Shown one piece after another: positions 32,814 to 42,619 of a stretch of DNA of 43,104 nt. The position numbers were made by a program, and so were the translations under genes. This stretch comes from an uncultured Eubacteriales bacterium (GTDB lineage: Bacteria; Bacillota; Clostridia; RGIG6154), in the NCBI GenBank assembly GCA_964492155.1, contig CAZBJD010000003.1, positions 1 to 43,104 on the forward strand, written 5' to 3'. The notes under the pieces were generated by a model. It did no database searches. It was not told the DNA's origin and saw only the letters and a list, made by a program, of their open reading frames with translations. Each line of letters opens with the position of its first letter. Position 1 is the first letter of the stretch.

Positions 32814-33923
32814 TTACATAAACAGTTTCGTTAGGACATTTTCCGCAAATTCTTTGCCGATTTCACCATAGCATTTATTGAAATTTTTATTATTTTCAAA
32901 GCGAGGGGTGAGAGCATCAATTTTATCTTTTGTAAGCTTTATTCCAAGGTCGGGCAGGTTTGCTTTGATTAAATTAACAAGAGTGTCACGGTCTGTGCGA
33001 AGGGAACAGAAAAATTCATTTGCGTCATTTGGTACAACAGCGATGTTATAGTCAATAAATTCTTCAAGATAAATCGCACAGGCGTTTCCGTGGGGAACAT
33101 TATACTGCTCTGAAAGGAAATATCCAAGGGCGTGCGGAAAGCATGTTCCTGCAACGCTTATGGCAAGTCCGCCGTAAAGTGAAGCACAGTAAAGCTTTTC
33201 GCGGTCTTGGAATGTAAGCTCTGATGCATCGCATTTGGCAGTTTTATCAAGCATTTCAAGCAGGATTGAAATTCCGCGAAGTGCAAAGGTTTTGCATATT
33301 TCATTTGAGGTGCGGTTAAAATATGCCTCAATTGAGTGGCTTAATGCATCTAAAGCGGTAGAGCGTGTAAAATCGGTGGGAAGCGACATTGTGTAGCTTG
33401 CATCGCCGAAAGCAACCTTTGGAAATACCGACGGAGCTTTAAAGCTTTTTTTAACACCGTCGGGTGTGGTTATTACAGAAACAGGAGTAACCTCACTTCC
33501 TGTGCCTGCAGTTGTTCCTATTGCGATAACAGGGAGAGGCTCTGAGTCCCATTCCATGGAATAAAGTGCGGCTGCAGACATATCGCTTACCGAGGCAAGC
33601 ACAGCTACTGCTTTTGCGGCATCTAAGGGCGAGCCGCCGCCTATTCCTATTATGAAATCTGCTTTAATTTCTTTTGCTTTTTCTGCAGCTTTTTTGCAGG
33701 TTGCATAAGATGGATTTTGCTCGATTTCATCAAAAATACCGTAACTGATTTTAGCAGCTGCCAGTGCAGATATAACATCATCCAAAGCTCCGCATTTTTT
33801 GGCAGAGCTTTTGCCTGTCACAATAAGGCAGGTTTTTCCGAATGACGAAAAAACAGCCGCGTTTTTTGTTACACAATTTTTGCCGGTTATGATATTTACC
33901 GGTGCATAAAAATTCATATTCAT
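32814..33923 (-). CDS. Iron-containing (group III) alcohol dehydrogenase
   Basis: GGGSPLDAAKA NAD motif and the metal-binding His patterns ALDALSHSIEAY and FPHALGY...PHG. Confidence 0.88.
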   Translation of the reverse strand: MNMNFYAPVNIITGKNCVTKNAAVFSSFGKTCLIVTGKSSAKKCGALDDVISALAAAKISYGIFDEIEQNPSYATCKKAAEKAKEIKADFIIGIGGGSPLDAAKAVAVLASVSDMSAAALYSMEWDSEPLPVIAIGTTAGTGSEVTPVSVITTPDGVKKSFKAPSVFPKVAFGDASYTMSLPTDFTRSTALDALSHSIEAYFNRTSNEICKTFALRGISILLEMLDKTAKCDASELTFQDREKLYCASLYGGLAISVAGTCFPHALGYFLSEQYNVPHGNACAIYLEEFIDYNIAVVPNDANEFFCSLRTDRDTLVNLIKANLPDLGIKLTKDKIDALTPRFENNKNFNKCYGEIGKEFAENVLTKLFM

Positions 33924-34030
33924 AATTTTATCTCCGTTTTTGGTAAAAAGTGCTTGAAAAAATTTTTACTATATTATATACTATTTTTGGAGTAAAAACA
34001 ATACTTTGATGTTGAAAAGGAGATAAAACT

Positions 34031-34378
34031 ATGATTAAAAAAACAAATGATTTTAATACCGAGCTTCGTGAAAATATGAGAGGCGGAGATGGTACGGTTG
34101 AAGTAACAAATTTTGTTACTGCCGAAGAACTTAACAACAAGGGCAGACTTTTCGGAAAGATTGTATTAAAGCCCGGCTGCGGAATTGGTTTTCATATTCA
34201 TGAAAACGACAGCGAGCTTTTCTACATAATGAAGGGTACGGCGGTTTATGATGACAACGGCACTAAAGTAACAGTAAATGCAGGCGATGTTACCGTTACT
34301 CCCGCAGGAACAGGTCATTCAATCAAAAATGAGAACGAAGAAGATGTTGAACTTATTGCTCTGATTGTATACGCTTAA
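34031..34378 (+). CDS. Cupin-domain protein
   Basis: Cupin motifs GFHIHENDSELFYIMKG and VTPAGTGHSIKN. Confidence 0.75.
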   Translation: MIKKTNDFNTELRENMRGGDGTVEVTNFVTAEELNNKGRLFGKIVLKPGCGIGFHIHENDSELFYIMKGTAVYDDNGTKVTVNAGDVTVTPAGTGHSIKNENEEDVELIALIVYA

Positions 34379-34430
34379 AATGTCCTTTTGAAGGCAGCAT
34401 CTTCTTTTTGTTAAATTTAAGTAAAATAGG

Positions 34431-34459
34431 TTGAAAAGCTTAAATTCTTATGCTATACT
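34431..34459 (+). promoter_or_regulatory. Candidate sigma-A promoter of pyk (TTGAAA-17-TGcTATACT)
   Basis: -35 at 34431-34436 and extended -10 at 34451-34459. Confidence 0.45.
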
Positions 34460-34511
34460 GTAAATTGTGGTAAATTTGGTTTATTTATGTTAAAATAAAG
34501 GAATGATTGAT

Positions 34512-35927
34512 ATGGCTAAGACAAAAATTATATGCACATTAGGACCTTCTACCGACAACCCGGGAGTTATTGAGCAAATGGTAAAGCAGGGGATGAATGT
34601 TGCAAGGCTAAACTTTTCCCACGGCACTCACGAGGAACAACTTAAAAGAATAAATATGGTAAAAGAGGTAAGACAAAAACTTAAATGCCCTCTTGCCATT
34701 TTGCTGGATACAAAAGGTCCCGAAATCAGAATAGGAATGTTTAAGAATAATTCAGCTGTTTTGCAGCAGGGACAGAAATTTACACTTGTTTGCGATGAGA
34801 TTGAGGGAGATAACGAAAAAGTTACCGTTAGCCACAAAAATCTTTCGACGGTTTTGAAAAGCGGCGACACCATTTTGATTGACGACGGACTTATTGAGCT
34901 TGAAGTTGAAGAATTTAAAGGAAAAGATGTTGTTTGCAAGGTAATTAACGGCGGAAGGCTTTCAAATAAGAAGAGTATTAACCTGCCCGGAATTAATCTT
35001 GATATGCCATATATGACAGAGCGTGACCGTGAAGATATTTTATTCGGAATTAAATGCGATGTTGATTATATTGCCGCATCTTTTGTGAGAAATGCCGATG
35101 ACGTAAAATGTGTACGTGAGCTTCTTGATGATAACGGCGGAAAAGATATCAAGCTGATTTCAAAAATCGAAAACAACGAGGGCGTTGAAAAAATTGACGA
35201 AATATTAGCTGCTTCAAACGGTATTATGATTGCCAGAGGCGATATGGGTGTGGAAATTCCTTTTGAAAGACTTCCTGCTATTCAGAAAATCCTTATCAAG
35301 AAGTGTTATGAGGCAGGAAAGCCCGCAATTACCGCAACGCAGATGCTTGAGTCAATGGTGCATAACCCAAGACCCACAAGAGCAGAGGTTTCCGACGTTG
35401 CAAATGCGATTTATGACGGAACAAGTGCAATTATGCTTTCAGGAGAAACAGCTGCGGGTGAATTTCCTGTTGAAAGCGTTAAAACAATGGCTAAAATTGC
35501 CGAAAAGACGGAAAGCAATATCAGTTATAAAAAAAGATTTCGGGCTGAACAGAAAATTAAGAACACGTCTATCACAGATGCGGTAAGCCATGCGGCATGC
35601 ACTATGGCGATTGATTTGGGAGCGGCAGCTATCGTTTCGGTTACAACTACGGGACATACTGCAAGAATGCTTTCAAAATTCAGACCGTCATGCCCTATAA
35701 TAGCAGTAATTGTTGATGAAAAATCGTACCATCAGGCGGCAATGACCTGGGGAGTGGTTCCTGTTAAAAATGATATGCAGGAAACTATGGACGATATGTT
35801 TGATTCAGGTGTGAGAAAAGCAATTACAACAAGACTTTTGAAAAAAGATGATATGATAGTTTTAACAGGCGGTCTTCCTGTAGGCATATCGGGAACAACA
35901 AACGTTGTTAAGGTGCAGGTGCTTTAA
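34512..35927 (+). CDS. pyk: Pyruvate kinase
   Basis: KTKIICTLGPS, MNVARLNFSHG, LLDTKGPEIR, MIARGDMGVEIP and ATQMLESM motifs. ATG at 34512 is 8 nt after AAAGGAA; the ORF track starts at 34503. Confidence 0.92.
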   Translation: MAKTKIICTLGPSTDNPGVIEQMVKQGMNVARLNFSHGTHEEQLKRINMVKEVRQKLKCPLAILLDTKGPEIRIGMFKNNSAVLQQGQKFTLVCDEIEGDNEKVTVSHKNLSTVLKSGDTILIDDGLIELEVEEFKGKDVVCKVINGGRLSNKKSINLPGINLDMPYMTERDREDILFGIKCDVDYIAASFVRNADDVKCVRELLDDNGGKDIKLISKIENNEGVEKIDEILAASNGIMIARGDMGVEIPFERLPAIQKILIKKCYEAGKPAITATQMLESMVHNPRPTRAEVSDVANAIYDGTSAIMLSGETAAGEFPVESVKTMAKIAEKTESNISYKKRFRAEQKIKNTSITDAVSHAACTMAIDLGAAAIVSVTTTGHTARMLSKFRPSCPIIAVIVDEKSYHQAAMTWGVVPVKNDMQETMDDMFDSGVRKAITTRLLKKDDMIVLTGGLPVGISGTTNVVKVQVL

Positions 35928-35989
35928 GTATCGGAAATTTGGGTACAGGTGCTGCCGATTGGGAATGATTTGTTGATATAAAGAAATGC

Positions 35990-36035
35990 AAAAACAGATT
36001 GTAAAAAACTTGATGGTTTTTTACAATCTGTTTTT
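35990..36035. terminator. Bidirectional hairpin terminator between pyk and the SEDS gene
   Basis: 20-bp stem aaaaacagattgtaaaaaac/gttttttacaatctgttttt with loop ttgatg. Confidence 0.75.
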
Positions 36036-37121
36036 TTAGATGTAATCTTTTCTTTTTAATATGCTCATTGCTACGCCAATTGAAATAAAGGTTGTAAGCA
36101 CCGATGAACCGCCGTAGCTGAAAAAAGGAAGAGGAATACCGGTTACAGGCATAATTCCTATACTCATTCCGATGTTTTCAAAGCATTGAAAAATAAGCAT
36201 TGCAGCAATCCCGGCAAGAATATATCCGCCGGCATTTTTCTTGACTTCCGCTGCATTTTTCAAAAGAATAAAAATAATTGAACAAAGCAAGCCGATTATC
36301 AGTATACAACCGAAAAATCCAAGTTCTTCACCTGCAACTGCAAATATGAAATCGGTGTGTTTTCCGGGAAGAAAATCCATCTGAATTTGAGAGCCTTTGA
36401 AAAGTCCTTTTCCAAACATCTGTCCCGCACCGACCGCCAGCTTTGATTGAATTACGTTATAGCCTGCACCTGCAGGACTCAGCTCAGGATTTAAAAATAC
36501 CAGAATTCTGTTTTTCTGAAATTCGTCCAGAAAAATCCAGATAAGCGGCGTTGCAGCCAGAAATACACTGCCTGCGATTAAGAAATATCTTATCTTTACC
36601 CCTGCCATAAACATCATAATTACGGCGATAAAAATAAACACCATTGCAGTTCCGTAGTCAGGCTGAAGGAGTATCAGCCCGAGCGGAACACACAAATGCA
36701 GCATTAAAAATGCCAGATTTTTTATTTTGTTGATTTCTCCGCCTGCCTTATGCAGATGAGCACCGAATGTTATGATAAAACCAATCTTTGCAAACTCGGA
36801 GGGCTGAATGTTGACAGGACCTAATGAAATCCACCCGTTTGTGCCTGTTTCGGATCTTCCCGTACCAATGATAAGAACTAAAATAAGGAGAGCATTGTAA
36901 ACTATATATATTATTTTGCTGAGTTCCAGAAGTATTTCATAGTCAAGCGCCTTTAAAACAAACATTATGACAATACCCATAATAATTGCTGCAGACTGAA
37001 CAATAACATTTGCCCAAGAGCCGGTAGAATATGTGGCACTTGCAACCAGAAGCAGTCCGTAAAGGCTTGAAACAATGCTTAAAATCGCTAAAACAGACAC
37101 TTGTTTGTTTCTTTTTTTCAT
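36036..37121 (-). CDS. FtsW/RodA/SpoVE (SEDS) family peptidoglycan polymerase
   Basis: Polytopic membrane protein with SEDS motifs (QPSEFAK, LQPDYGT, DFIFAV.GEELG, GIPLPFFSYGGSS). Confidence 0.85.
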   Translation of the reverse strand: MKKRNKQVSVLAILSIVSSLYGLLLVASATYSTGSWANVIVQSAAIIMGIVIMFVLKALDYEILLELSKIIYIVYNALLILVLIIGTGRSETGTNGWISLGPVNIQPSEFAKIGFIITFGAHLHKAGGEINKIKNLAFLMLHLCVPLGLILLQPDYGTAMVFIFIAVIMMFMAGVKIRYFLIAGSVFLAATPLIWIFLDEFQKNRILVFLNPELSPAGAGYNVIQSKLAVGAGQMFGKGLFKGSQIQMDFLPGKHTDFIFAVAGEELGFFGCILIIGLLCSIIFILLKNAAEVKKNAGGYILAGIAAMLIFQCFENIGMSIGIMPVTGIPLPFFSYGGSSVLTTFISIGVAMSILKRKDYI

Positions 37122-37202
37122 ATAAAAACCTCTTAAGTAGTATTTGCAATTTAATTATAAGTTATCAAATAGCAAAAGTAAAGAGTTTTTTTTCATAAAT
37201 TG

Positions 37203-37231
37203 TGGACAAACGCTGCAAAATATGGTAAAAT
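37203..37231 (+). promoter_or_regulatory. Candidate sigma-A promoter of the gltX-glnS-metG operon (TGGACA-17-TGgTAAAAT)
   Basis: -35 at 37203-37208 and extended -10 at 37223-37231, 42 nt upstream of the gltX ATG. Confidence 0.45.
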
Positions 37232-37273
37232 TAAGATTATTATAATTATGTCTTGCAAGGGAGATGAACCTTA

Positions 37274-38929
37274 ATGAATTATGAAAAATTAGCAGAGCTT
37301 CTGCTTCCCGAAATTGATAAAACTGTTGCCGATTATGAGGCAATGTATCCCAAAAGAGATTTGGCGGAAGGTGCAGCGGTTACACGTTTTGCCCCGTCGC
37401 CTACAGGTTTTTTGCATATTGGCGGCCTTTTTTCTGCTTTGATTTCAGAGAGAACTGCTCATCAGAGCGGCGGAAAATTTATTTTAAGAATTGAAGATAC
37501 CGATAAAAAACGCGAGGTTGAAAACGGCGTTGAAAAAATTCTGGAAGGCTTGTCTGAGTTTGGTGTAAAGATTGACGAAGGCGTTGTTGCCGAGGATGAA
37601 GAAAAAGGAAATTACGGTCCGTATACACAGAGCAAGCGTGCTCCCATTTATGGTGCATTTGCAAAAGAACTTATAAAAAAAGGTCTTGCTTATCCTTGCT
37701 TCTGCACAGAAGAAGAAATTTCCGATATCAGAGCAAAGCAGGAAGAAAACAAGCTTCTCCCCGGGTATTACGGTGAATTTGCAAAGTGCAGAAATCTTAC
37801 TTACGAGCAGATTGAGGAAAATATCAAAAAAGGTATGCCTTTTGTGTTAAGACTCAAGTCACCCGGCAGCGAGGATAAGAAGATTTCGTTTAAAGATAAC
37901 ATCAGAGGCAAAATTGAAATGCCGGAAAATATTGTTGATGTGGTTGTTTTGAAATCCGATAAAATCCCAACATATCATTTTGCACATGTTGTTGACGATT
38001 ACTTAATGGGTACAACTCACGTAATCCGTGGTGACGAGTGGATTTCATCCGTTCCCATTCATTTGCAGCTTTTCTACTGTCTTGGCTTGAAGGCTCCCAA
38101 GTATGCACACATCGCACCCATTATGAAAGAAGACGGAGGCGGAAAAAGAAAGATTTCAAAAAGAAAAGACCCCGAAGCGGCAGTTTCTTTCTATACGGAA
38201 GAAGGATTCCCTGTTGACGGCGTTATGGAATATCTTTTAAATCTTGCAAACTATAATTTTGAGGATTTCAAGCGTGCAAACAAAAAGGCACATTGGTCTG
38301 AATTTAAACTTGAAATGAACAAAATGAGCAATTCGGGCGGACTTTTTGATATGGTAAAGCTTAACGATATCTGTAAAAATGTAATCGCTTTAATGGCTGC
38401 TGAAGAAGTTTATGAAAAAGCAACAGAGTGGGCAGAAATTTTTGATAAAGAACTCTGCGAACTTTTAAGCCGTGATAAGGAATTCTCAATACAGATGTTC
38501 GGATTTGACAGAAATCCCGACAAACCGAGAAAAGATATTGCAAAATGGTCTCAGGTAAGAGAAAGCTTCTCATTTATGTTTGACGAGCTTTTTGACGGTG
38601 AATATGCTGAAATTGAAAATGTATCGAAAGAAGATGCAAAGAAAATCCTTGACCTTTACAAAGATATGTATGACGACACGGCCGACAATAGTGTATGGTT
38701 TGAAACTATGAAAGACTTGGCTGAAAAAGTTGGCTTTGCAAGAGAAGTAAAAGAGTATAAAGCAAATCCAGAAAACTATCCCGGTCATGTTGGCGATGTA
38801 AGCAATGTTATAAGAGTTGCTGTTACAGGAAGGACAAAATCACCTGACCTTTGCTCAATTATGAAGCTTCTCGGCAAAGAAAAGGTAATAGACAGAATTG
38901 GCAGAGCAGCAGAGGCTCTCGGACTATAA
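37274..38929 (+). CDS. gltX: Glutamate--tRNA ligase
   Basis: Bacterial GluRS HIGH region TRFAPSPTGFLHIGG, and ILRIEDTD and KISKRK (KMSKS) motifs. Confidence 0.9.
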   Translation: MNYEKLAELLLPEIDKTVADYEAMYPKRDLAEGAAVTRFAPSPTGFLHIGGLFSALISERTAHQSGGKFILRIEDTDKKREVENGVEKILEGLSEFGVKIDEGVVAEDEEKGNYGPYTQSKRAPIYGAFAKELIKKGLAYPCFCTEEEISDIRAKQEENKLLPGYYGEFAKCRNLTYEQIEENIKKGMPFVLRLKSPGSEDKKISFKDNIRGKIEMPENIVDVVVLKSDKIPTYHFAHVVDDYLMGTTHVIRGDEWISSVPIHLQLFYCLGLKAPKYAHIAPIMKEDGGGKRKISKRKDPEAAVSFYTEEGFPVDGVMEYLLNLANYNFEDFKRANKKAHWSEFKLEMNKMSNSGGLFDMVKLNDICKNVIALMAAEEVYEKATEWAEIFDKELCELLSRDKEFSIQMFGFDRNPDKPRKDIAKWSQVRESFSFMFDELFDGEYAEIENVSKEDAKKILDLYKDMYDDTADNSVWFETMKDLAEKVGFAREVKEYKANPENYPGHVGDVSNVIRVAVTGRTKSPDLCSIMKLLGKEKVIDRIGRAAEALGL

Positions 38930-38949
38930 AATCCAAAAGGAGATAAACA

Positions 38950-40605
38950 ATGGAAGAATATATTTCATCTAATTTTATTCATGATGCAATAGATAAGGAT
39001 TTAGAGGACGGCGTTTATACTAAAGTTCAGACAAGATTTCCTCCCGAGCCTAACGGATATTTGCATATCGGACATGTTAAGGCGATAAACATTGACTTTT
39101 CAACTGCCGAAAAATATAAAGGAAAATGCAATTTAAGACTTGATGATACAAATCCCACCAAAGAAGATACTGAGTATGTTGACGCTATTATGGAAGATAT
39201 CAAGTGGCTTGGTTTTGAATGGGATAATGTTTATTATGCGTCAGACTATTTCCCGGTTATTTATGATTGTGCAATTAAGCTTATCAAAAAGGGAAAAGCA
39301 TTTGTGTGCGATCTTACTCCCGATGAAATGAGAGAGTACAGAGGAACTTTAAAAGAGCCTGGAAAAGAGAGCCCATACAGAAATCGTTCAATCGAAGAAA
39401 ATTTTGATTTGTTCGAAAGAATGACAAAGGGAGAGTTTGAAACAGGCTCAAAGGTGCTTCGTGCTAAAATTGATATGGCATCAGGCAACCTTAATATGCG
39501 AGATCCCATTATTTACAGAGTTTTAAAAGCAACTCATCACAGAACCGGAGATAAGTGGTGCGTGTACCCGATGTATGACTTTGCACATCCTATTTCAGAT
39601 GCGGCAGAAGGTGTTACACATTCACTTTGCTCACTTGAATTTGAAGACCACAGACCGCTTTACGACTGGGTTTTAAAAGAATGTGAGTTTGAAGTTCCCT
39701 CAAGGCAGATTGAGTTTGCAAGACTTAATCTTACAAACACATTGACAAGCAAAAGAAAGTGCAAAAAGCTTGTTGATGACGGAATTGTTGATGGGTGGGA
39801 CGACCCGAGAATGTCAACAATCTCAGCTATGAGAAGAAGGGGATATCCTGCCGAGGCTATGATTGATTTTGCAAACAGAATCGGCGTTGCAAAGGCTTTC
39901 AGCGTTGTTGATTATGCACTTTTAGAGCATTGTGTAAGAGAAAATCTTAACTTAAAAGCACCCCGTGCTATGGCGGTTTTAGAGCCTTTAAAGGTTACAA
40001 TTGATAATTATCCCGAAGATATGAGCGAAATGATTGAGGTTGATATTAATCCCAATGATGAAGCAGCAGGAAAGAAAACAATTTCTTTTTCAAAAAATAT
40101 TTATATTGAAAAAGATGACTTTATGGAAGTTCCCGTTAAGGGATACAAGCGTTTAACACCCGACAACGAGGTAAGACTTAAAGGTGCATACTTTGTTAAA
40201 GTTAAAGAAATTATCAAAGATGAAAACGGAGAGGTTAAAGAGCTTATCTGCACTTACGATCCTGCGTCAAAAGGCGGTAATTCTCCGGACGGCAGAAAGG
40301 TTAAGGGGACAATTCAGTGGGTTGATGCCGACAATTGCCTGACCGCACAGGTTAATATGTATGACAAATTGTTTATGACATCAAATCCCGGTGATTTGGA
40401 AGATTATCTCGAAAACTTAAATCCCGACTCTTTAAGGGTTTTGACAAACTGCAAAATTGACAAAGACCTTGAAAATGCAGAAGAAGGACAGAGCTTCCAG
40501 TTTATGAGAAACGGATATTTTACGGTGGATAAAAAATCCACCGCCGAGAAAAAAATATTCAACTTAACCGTAACGCTTAAGGATTCATATAAGCCAACGG
40601 TGTAA
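38950..40605 (+). CDS. glnS: Glutamine--tRNA ligase
   Basis: GlnRS signature [23 protein letters not shown], and LTSKRK (KMSKS-like). The length matches GlnRS at about 550 aa. Confidence 0.92.
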   Translation: MEEYISSNFIHDAIDKDLEDGVYTKVQTRFPPEPNGYLHIGHVKAINIDFSTAEKYKGKCNLRLDDTNPTKEDTEYVDAIMEDIKWLGFEWDNVYYASDYFPVIYDCAIKLIKKGKAFVCDLTPDEMREYRGTLKEPGKESPYRNRSIEENFDLFERMTKGEFETGSKVLRAKIDMASGNLNMRDPIIYRVLKATHHRTGDKWCVYPMYDFAHPISDAAEGVTHSLCSLEFEDHRPLYDWVLKECEFEVPSRQIEFARLNLTNTLTSKRKCKKLVDDGIVDGWDDPRMSTISAMRRRGYPAEAMIDFANRIGVAKAFSVVDYALLEHCVRENLNLKAPRAMAVLEPLKVTIDNYPEDMSEMIEVDINPNDEAAGKKTISFSKNIYIEKDDFMEVPVKGYKRLTPDNEVRLKGAYFVKVKEIIKDENGEVKELICTYDPASKGGNSPDGRKVKGTIQWVDADNCLTAQVNMYDKLFMTSNPGDLEDYLENLNPDSLRVLTNCKIDKDLENAEEGQSFQFMRNGYFTVDKKSTAEKKIFNLTVTLKDSYKPTV

Positions 40606-40627
40606 GTTTTTGAAAGGATATGAGAAA

Positions 40628-42562
40628 ATGGGAGAAAAATTTTATATAACAACTGCCATTGCGTATACTTCACGTAAGCCCCACATCGGGAACACTTACG
40701 AGATTGTTTTAACAGATGCAATCGCCCGCTTTAAAAAGCAACAGGGCTTTGATGTATACTTCCTGACAGGTACTGACGAGCACGGCATTAAAATTCAGGA
40801 AATCGCAGAGAAAGAAGGCATTTCGCCCAAAGAATATGTCGACGGTGTGGCAGGAGAAATCAAAGCTATCTGGGATTTGATGAACACAAGCTATGATAAG
40901 TTTATCAGAACAACAGATGATTATCACGTAAAACAGGTTCAGAAGATTTTCAAAAAATTCTACGACCAGGGCGATATTTACAAGGGCGAGTACGAGGGTA
41001 TGTACTGCGTTCCCTGCGAAACTTTCTACACCGAAAGTCAGCTTGTTGACGGGAAATGCCCCGATTGCGGACGTGAAGTAAAGCCTGCAAAAGAAGAAGC
41101 ATATTTCTTTAAAATGAGCAAATATCAGGACAGATTGATGGAATACATCGAACAAAACCCTGATTTTATTCAGCCTGAATCAAGAAAAAGAGAAATGATT
41201 AATAATTTCTTAAAGCCGGGACTTCAGGACCTTTGCGTTTCAAGAACTTCATTTACATGGGGCGTTCCTGTTGAGTTTGACAAAGGTCACGTTATCTATG
41301 TGTGGATTGACGCACTTTCAAACTATATTACAGCACTCGGCTATGATGATGAAAATCCGTCTGAACTCTTTAAAAAGAACTGGCCTGCAGATGTTCATAT
41401 TATCGGAAAAGATATTTTAAGATTTCACACCATCTATTGGCCCATTATGCTTATGGCATTAGGTCAGCCGCTTCCTAAAAAGGTGTTCGGTCATCCGTGG
41501 CTTTTGTTTGGAAACGATAAAATGAGCAAATCAAAGGGCAACGTTATTTACGCAGATGATTTGGTTGAACTTTTTGGTGTAGACGCAGTAAGATTTTATC
41601 TTTTGTCCGAAATGCCTTACGCTAATGACGGCAGCATCACATACGAAAATATTATCGCAAGATACAATTCGGAGCTTGCAAATGTTTTGGGTAACCTTGT
41701 TAACCGCACCGTTGCAATGACTCATAAATATTTCGGCGGTGTTGTGCAGTCGCCGTCAAAGGCAGAAGAAATTGACGGCGAGCTTATTGCTCAGGCAAAG
41801 GAAACCGTTAAAAATGCCACCCTCAAAATGGAAGAATATAAAACAAGTGATGCAATTGCTGAAATCTGGAATTTGTTAAAGAGAAGCAATAAGTATATCG
41901 ACGAAACAACTCCGTGGAGCTTAGCAAAAGATGAAAGCAACAAAGAAAGACTGGGAACAGTTCTTTATAACTTAATTGAGTCAATCAGAATTGCGGCAGT
42001 ATTGCTTCAGCCATTTATGCCTGAAACTGCCGAGAAAATCGCACAGCAGATTAACGCATCTGATATGACATTTGAAAGCATTAAAGAATTCGGCGGATAT
42101 AAAGCAGGAACTGTAACAAACGAAGCAACACCGCTTTTTGCAAGACTTGATGAGGCAAAAACAATGGAAGAAATCGAAAAATTCCTTGAAAAATATAATG
42201 AGCCCGAAGAAAAATTCGAGCCATTTAAAGAAGAAATCGAATTTGACGATTTTGAAAAATGCGACCTTCGTGTTGCCCGCGTTTTAGAGTGCGAGGAAGT
42301 GCCCAAGGCTAACAAGCTTTTGAAGTTTAAGCTTAAAGTCGGAAACGAAGAAAGAATTATTCTTTCTGGCATTAAAAAGTATTATAAGCCTGAGGATTTG
42401 GTTGGTAAAAATGTTTTGATTATTGCAAACCTTAAGCCCAGAAAAATTATGGGTATTGAGTCAAAGGGTATGATACTTTCAGCGGTTGATGACAATGAGG
42501 ATATCTTATCTGTTACAACAACGTTAGACGGCAATTTCAAGCCCGGCACAGTTGTTTGCTAA
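40628..42562 (+). CDS. metG: Methionine--tRNA ligase with C-terminal tRNA-binding (Trbp111/EMAP-like) domain
   Basis: YITTAIAYTSRKPHIGN (HIGH), Zn knuckles CVPC...CPDC, KMSKS, and the C-terminal DLRVARVLECEEVPKANKLLKFKLKVG. ATG at 40628; the ORF track starts at TTG 40610. Confidence 0.92.
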   Translation: MGEKFYITTAIAYTSRKPHIGNTYEIVLTDAIARFKKQQGFDVYFLTGTDEHGIKIQEIAEKEGISPKEYVDGVAGEIKAIWDLMNTSYDKFIRTTDDYHVKQVQKIFKKFYDQGDIYKGEYEGMYCVPCETFYTESQLVDGKCPDCGREVKPAKEEAYFFKMSKYQDRLMEYIEQNPDFIQPESRKREMINNFLKPGLQDLCVSRTSFTWGVPVEFDKGHVIYVWIDALSNYITALGYDDENPSELFKKNWPADVHIIGKDILRFHTIYWPIMLMALGQPLPKKVFGHPWLLFGNDKMSKSKGNVIYADDLVELFGVDAVRFYLLSEMPYANDGSITYENIIARYNSELANVLGNLVNRTVAMTHKYFGGVVQSPSKAEEIDGELIAQAKETVKNATLKMEEYKTSDAIAEIWNLLKRSNKYIDETTPWSLAKDESNKERLGTVLYNLIESIRIAAVLLQPFMPETAEKIAQQINASDMTFESIKEFGGYKAGTVTNEATPLFARLDEAKTMEEIEKFLEKYNEPEEKFEPFKEEIEFDDFEKCDLRVARVLECEEVPKANKLLKFKLKVGNEERIILSGIKKYYKPEDLVGKNVLIIANLKPRKIMGIESKGMILSAVDDNEDILSVTTTLDGNFKPGTVVC

Positions 42563-42577
42563 ACTATAAGAATAAAT

Positions 42578-42619
42578 CTCCTTTTTTTGGTTAAGATACT
42601 AAAAAAAGGAGGTTTTTTT
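42578..42619 (+). terminator. Terminator-like hairpin after metG whose 3' arm contains the rubrerythrin SD
   Basis: Perfect 11-bp stem ctccttttttt/aaaaaaaggag with a 12-nt loop, then G + T7 directly before the ATG at 42620. Confidence 0.5.

Noticed and set aside
37122-37273. T-box riboswitch upstream of gltX
   Set aside because: Only about 42 nt separate the best promoter from the start codon. No specifier-loop or antiterminator architecture or T-box consensus is visible.
40709-41155. 148-aa ORF antisense to metG
   Set aside because: It is a shadow ORF inside a highly conserved housekeeping gene. It has no recognisable motifs and no SD.
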